A stretch of DNA of 39,698 nucleotides from Nevskiaceae bacterium (GTDB lineage: Bacteria; Pseudomonadota; Gammaproteobacteria; Steroidobacterales; Steroidobacteraceae), in contig JBBIVG010000003.1 of assembly GCA_037439865.1 (NCBI GenBank), positions 1 to 39,698 on the forward strand, written 5' to 3'. A program made the position numbers and the translations under genes. Below the pieces are notes generated by a model. The model was not told the DNA's origin and searched no databases. It saw only the letters and a list, made by a program, of their open reading frames with translations. Below, piece by piece: positions 37,478 through 39,698 of the stretch. Within the stretch, counting starts at the first letter, position 1; every line of letters begins with the position of its first letter.

Positions 37478-38952
37478 GGTTGCCGGTCCGCCGCCGTGAC
37501 GAATCCGTCGATGCGCTCGAGCATGTAGGAATGGAACGGGTTGCTGCGCTGGCGCGTCAGCACCCAGTCGGGCACGCGCAGCACGCCGTTCTCGCCGTGC
37601 ACCTGCACGCGACCGAGCTGCACGTGCAGGTTGTGCATCGGGTCCGTTGGCGCCTCGTAACCGTACAGCGGGTCGTCCGGCGGGAACGGTATGGCGACGT
37701 GCGACAGCGAAAAGACCTGCAGGGGCCATGACAGGTCGAGCAGGCGCGACGACTGGCTGGGCGATCCGGGCTCGGCCCTGAGCTCCTGCACCTGCAGCGT
37801 GCCCGGGTTCGCGTTCGTGATGACGGTGAGCGCGAACGAGCGATCGGGCATCGAGAGCAGCCTCTGCGTCAGGGGACCCGGGTCGTTCACGAGCAGCGCC
37901 TGGATCCCGGCGAACCGGTTGACGTCGAACAGCACCAGCTCGTGGGACTCGGGCGCGAGATGTTCGAACAACGCGTCCACCACGGCGGGCGCGACGATCG
38001 TTGAGTCGACCGTCGAGAGGAACGCGAGCACGGGCGGGAAGCCCTTGATCTTGCCGCCGGCCGCGAGCGCCCGGATGCGCCTTGCGAGCCCGCTCGTCAG
38101 GCGCTGCGTTTCGCCCGCCGCGTGGAAGCTGAAGGACGAGTACTTGTACGGATCGAACTCGAGGGTCACCACCTGCCAGGCCGCGCGCTCGAAACCCGGC
38201 ACGGAGGAAAGACCCGTCTTGACTCGTGCCACGACGGCGAACGGCGAGATGCCGATGGCCGGGGAAAGGAGCACGAGGCCCGCTGGCCGCGGCACGTCGG
38301 CTCCCTCGAGCAGGGACACCGAGTAGTCCACTGCGAGCGCGGCGCCGTTGGAATACCCCACGATGTAGATCGGCCGATTGGGCCCCATCTGCCGGCGCAA
38401 GTCACGCATGGCGACACGCACCGCGGCCTCCATGTCCTCGATCGTGAAGCTGAGCAGGCCCGAAGGCGCCGTGCCGTGGCCCGGCAGCCGCAGTCCAACG
38501 ACCTTGAGCCCGCGCGCCGCGAGGTGCTCGCCGATGGAGCGCATGCTGTAGGGCGAGTCCGTCAACCCGTGCAGCAGCAGCGCGGCGCCGGCCGGGTTCT
38601 CGGGCGAGATCTCGAACGTGCGGTTCCAGTTCGTCGGCCAGACCGCAGGATCGCTGCGGCTGCCGGCGCTGTACCGGTTGAACGGGTTGCGGTCCCCCGG
38701 CTGAACCTTGTCCACGACCTTCGCCTGGAGTTCCGCGAACAGGCGGTCCTCGAGCTTCCGGTAAGCCTCGATCGTGGTCACGTCCATGACCCGGGCCGCG
38801 GTGAACTCCTTGTCGAGATGAGTCGTGTGCCAGACCCTGGGCTCCGGACCGCTGCGCAGGAACCAGACATAGGCCCCGATCAGGATCAGGACCAGGCCCA
38901 GCAGGACCGAGCCCATGGCCCAGCGGATCAACCGGAATGTTGACTTGATCAT
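37474..38952 (-). CDS. Membrane-anchored alpha/beta-fold hydrolase (lipase/esterase-like)
   Basis: I trimmed ORF 37474..39117 to the ATG at 38952. The N-terminal TM segment is WAMGSVLLGLVLILIGAYVWF. It has the oxyanion region LLLHGLTDSPY and the nucleophile elbow GYSNG. Confidence 0.85.
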   Translation of the reverse strand: MIKSTFRLIRWAMGSVLLGLVLILIGAYVWFLRSGPEPRVWHTTHLDKEFTAARVMDVTTIEAYRKLEDRLFAELQAKVVDKVQPGDRNPFNRYSAGSRSDPAVWPTNWNRTFEISPENPAGAALLLHGLTDSPYSMRSIGEHLAARGLKVVGLRLPGHGTAPSGLLSFTIEDMEAAVRVAMRDLRRQMGPNRPIYIVGYSNGAALAVDYSVSLLEGADVPRPAGLVLLSPAIGISPFAVVARVKTGLSSVPGFERAAWQVVTLEFDPYKYSSFSFHAAGETQRLTSGLARRIRALAAGGKIKGFPPVLAFLSTVDSTIVAPAVVDALFEHLAPESHELVLFDVNRFAGIQALLVNDPGPLTQRLLSMPDRSFALTVITNANPGTLQVQELRAEPGSPSQSSRLLDLSWPLQVFSLSHVAIPFPPDDPLYGYEAPTDPMHNLHVQLGRVQVHGENGVLRVPDWVLTRQRSNPFHSYMLERIDGFVTAADRQP

Positions 38953-39125
38953 TCGATGGACACCCTCCGGGCGCGGACCCGGCCAGCGCGGGATCATAGA
39001 CCGTCCAGGGCGCCTCTCGTAAAACCCGAATGGCCCGCGGTGGCCGGGTGGAGCAGCATCCCTGCTGCTCCGTGGCCAGGGGATGCCACCGTCGTGTCGC
39101 GCAACCGTCTGCCGCAAGTCCTCGC

Positions 39126-39698
39126 CTACATGACGCTCAAATCAAATAGCTCTAATTGTGTATGTCCTTTTTCCGGAATTGAAAAAGTAATTGACGTGGA
39201 GCCAAAAAAGGGATTTGGGTAATTCTGTTCAATATCTAATACATTTTTGTTTAACCCGGAAACTCCCGATGACAAATCTTCGACTGGAATTGCCAGATAA
39301 TCAAAGCTCATCCATCCCCACGAACTTTCGATCGAAATTTGATTGACACCGGCTTTCAGCGGCACTGAAATGGCGTATTTATTCCAGGTAGAGGTGCTTG
39401 CCGACATAAAAATCATTGGTGAAAACATAGTACCGTTAATCCACAGGTTTTGAGTTTTCGGGCTCTGGTAGTTTAATTTAAAGAAAATGTACAATTGGTA
39501 ATTTCCGGCTTTTGGAACCTCTATCCCATCGAAATTCAGTTTCCATCCGTCAGTCAGATCGACATACTTGCCTTTATTTGCAGCAGTGCTGGTTACAACG
39601 GTTCCTTTTCCGGTGAATGTGGCATTTTCCGCCTCAAAGGTGAGTAATTTGACATTGGTTACTGTCATTACCAGCGCATCAGAAGTTTTCTGTAAACC
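39126..39698 (-). CDS. Fragment of a Bacteroidota-type secreted protein: a CBM6/CBM35-like carbohydrate-binding module plus the start of a T9SS C-terminal sorting domain. It is truncated at the 3' end and open at the window edge.
   Basis: The region is AT-rich. It contains FEAENATFTGKG...KAGNYQLYIFF...LKAGVNQISIES...FDYLAI (a CBM6/35-like pattern), then EQNYPNPFFGSTSITFSIPEKGHTQLELFDLS (start of a Por-secretion tail). The ORF ends only 2 residues (VM*) later, at the compositional break. The frame remains open upstream to 39698. Confidence 0.6.
   Translation of the reverse strand, partial: GLQKTSDALVMTVTNVKLLTFEAENATFTGKGTVVTSTAANKGKYVDLTDGWKLNFDGIEVPKAGNYQLYIFFKLNYQSPKTQNLWINGTMFSPMIFMSASTSTWNKYAISVPLKAGVNQISIESSWGWMSFDYLAIPVEDLSSGVSGLNKNVLDIEQNYPNPFFGSTSITFSIPEKGHTQLELFDLSVM

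Noticed and set aside
39050-39071. Perfect 9-bp stem with a 4-nt loop (GGAGCAGCA-TCCC-TGCTGCTCC), with further imperfect flanking pairing, upstream of the alpha/beta hydrolase gene
   Set aside because: The structure is real, but no adjacent U-tract occurs on either strand. It lies next to the suspected chimeric junction, so no function can be assigned.

Overview
This is a high-GC segment (about two-thirds G+C by eye) that looks like proteobacterial chromosome, with about 35 tightly packed genes on both strands. I recognise these by their motifs:
- a UvrD-family helicase
- an AhpD-like CxxC protein
- a class-3 aldehyde dehydrogenase
- a NUDIX hydrolase
- MobB
- a HAD hydrolase
- AvtA
- a DUF47/PhoU-like protein paired with Pit
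- FadH
- a CBS protein
- a Tat-exported flavin amine oxidase
- an SDR
- a LytS/LytTR two-component pair
- a MazG-like pyrophosphohydrolase
- hutU-hutI-hutG
- a CDF transporter
- a thioredoxin-fold lipoprotein
- a GNAT acetyltransferase
- threonine aldolase
- a short secretin-like protein
- a translationally coupled alpha/beta-hydrolase / phospholipase-D / small-membrane-protein operon

I found no rRNA, tRNA, CRISPR array, transposase, integrase or phage gene.

The most unusual observations are:
1. A single 1,831-aa ORF is a head-to-tail fusion of two UvrA-like units, giving four ABC ATPase modules.
2. Two related families of nested perfect palindromes occur in the window. Their cores are GGGGAC-A-GTCCCC and GGTGCC-A-GGCACC, each followed by an AATT(T)CG arm. 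They occur between genes and also in frame inside the UvrA-fusion gene, where they appear to encode extra peptide, much as Rickettsia palindromic elements do.
3. Composition switches abruptly to low GC at about 39.12-39.13 kb. The low-GC side carries a truncated Bacteroidota-type CBM + T9SS-sorting-domain gene, which suggests a chimeric assembly join.

Many long ORFs in the supplied track are antisense or off-frame shadow ORFs typical of high-GC DNA, and I rejected them.
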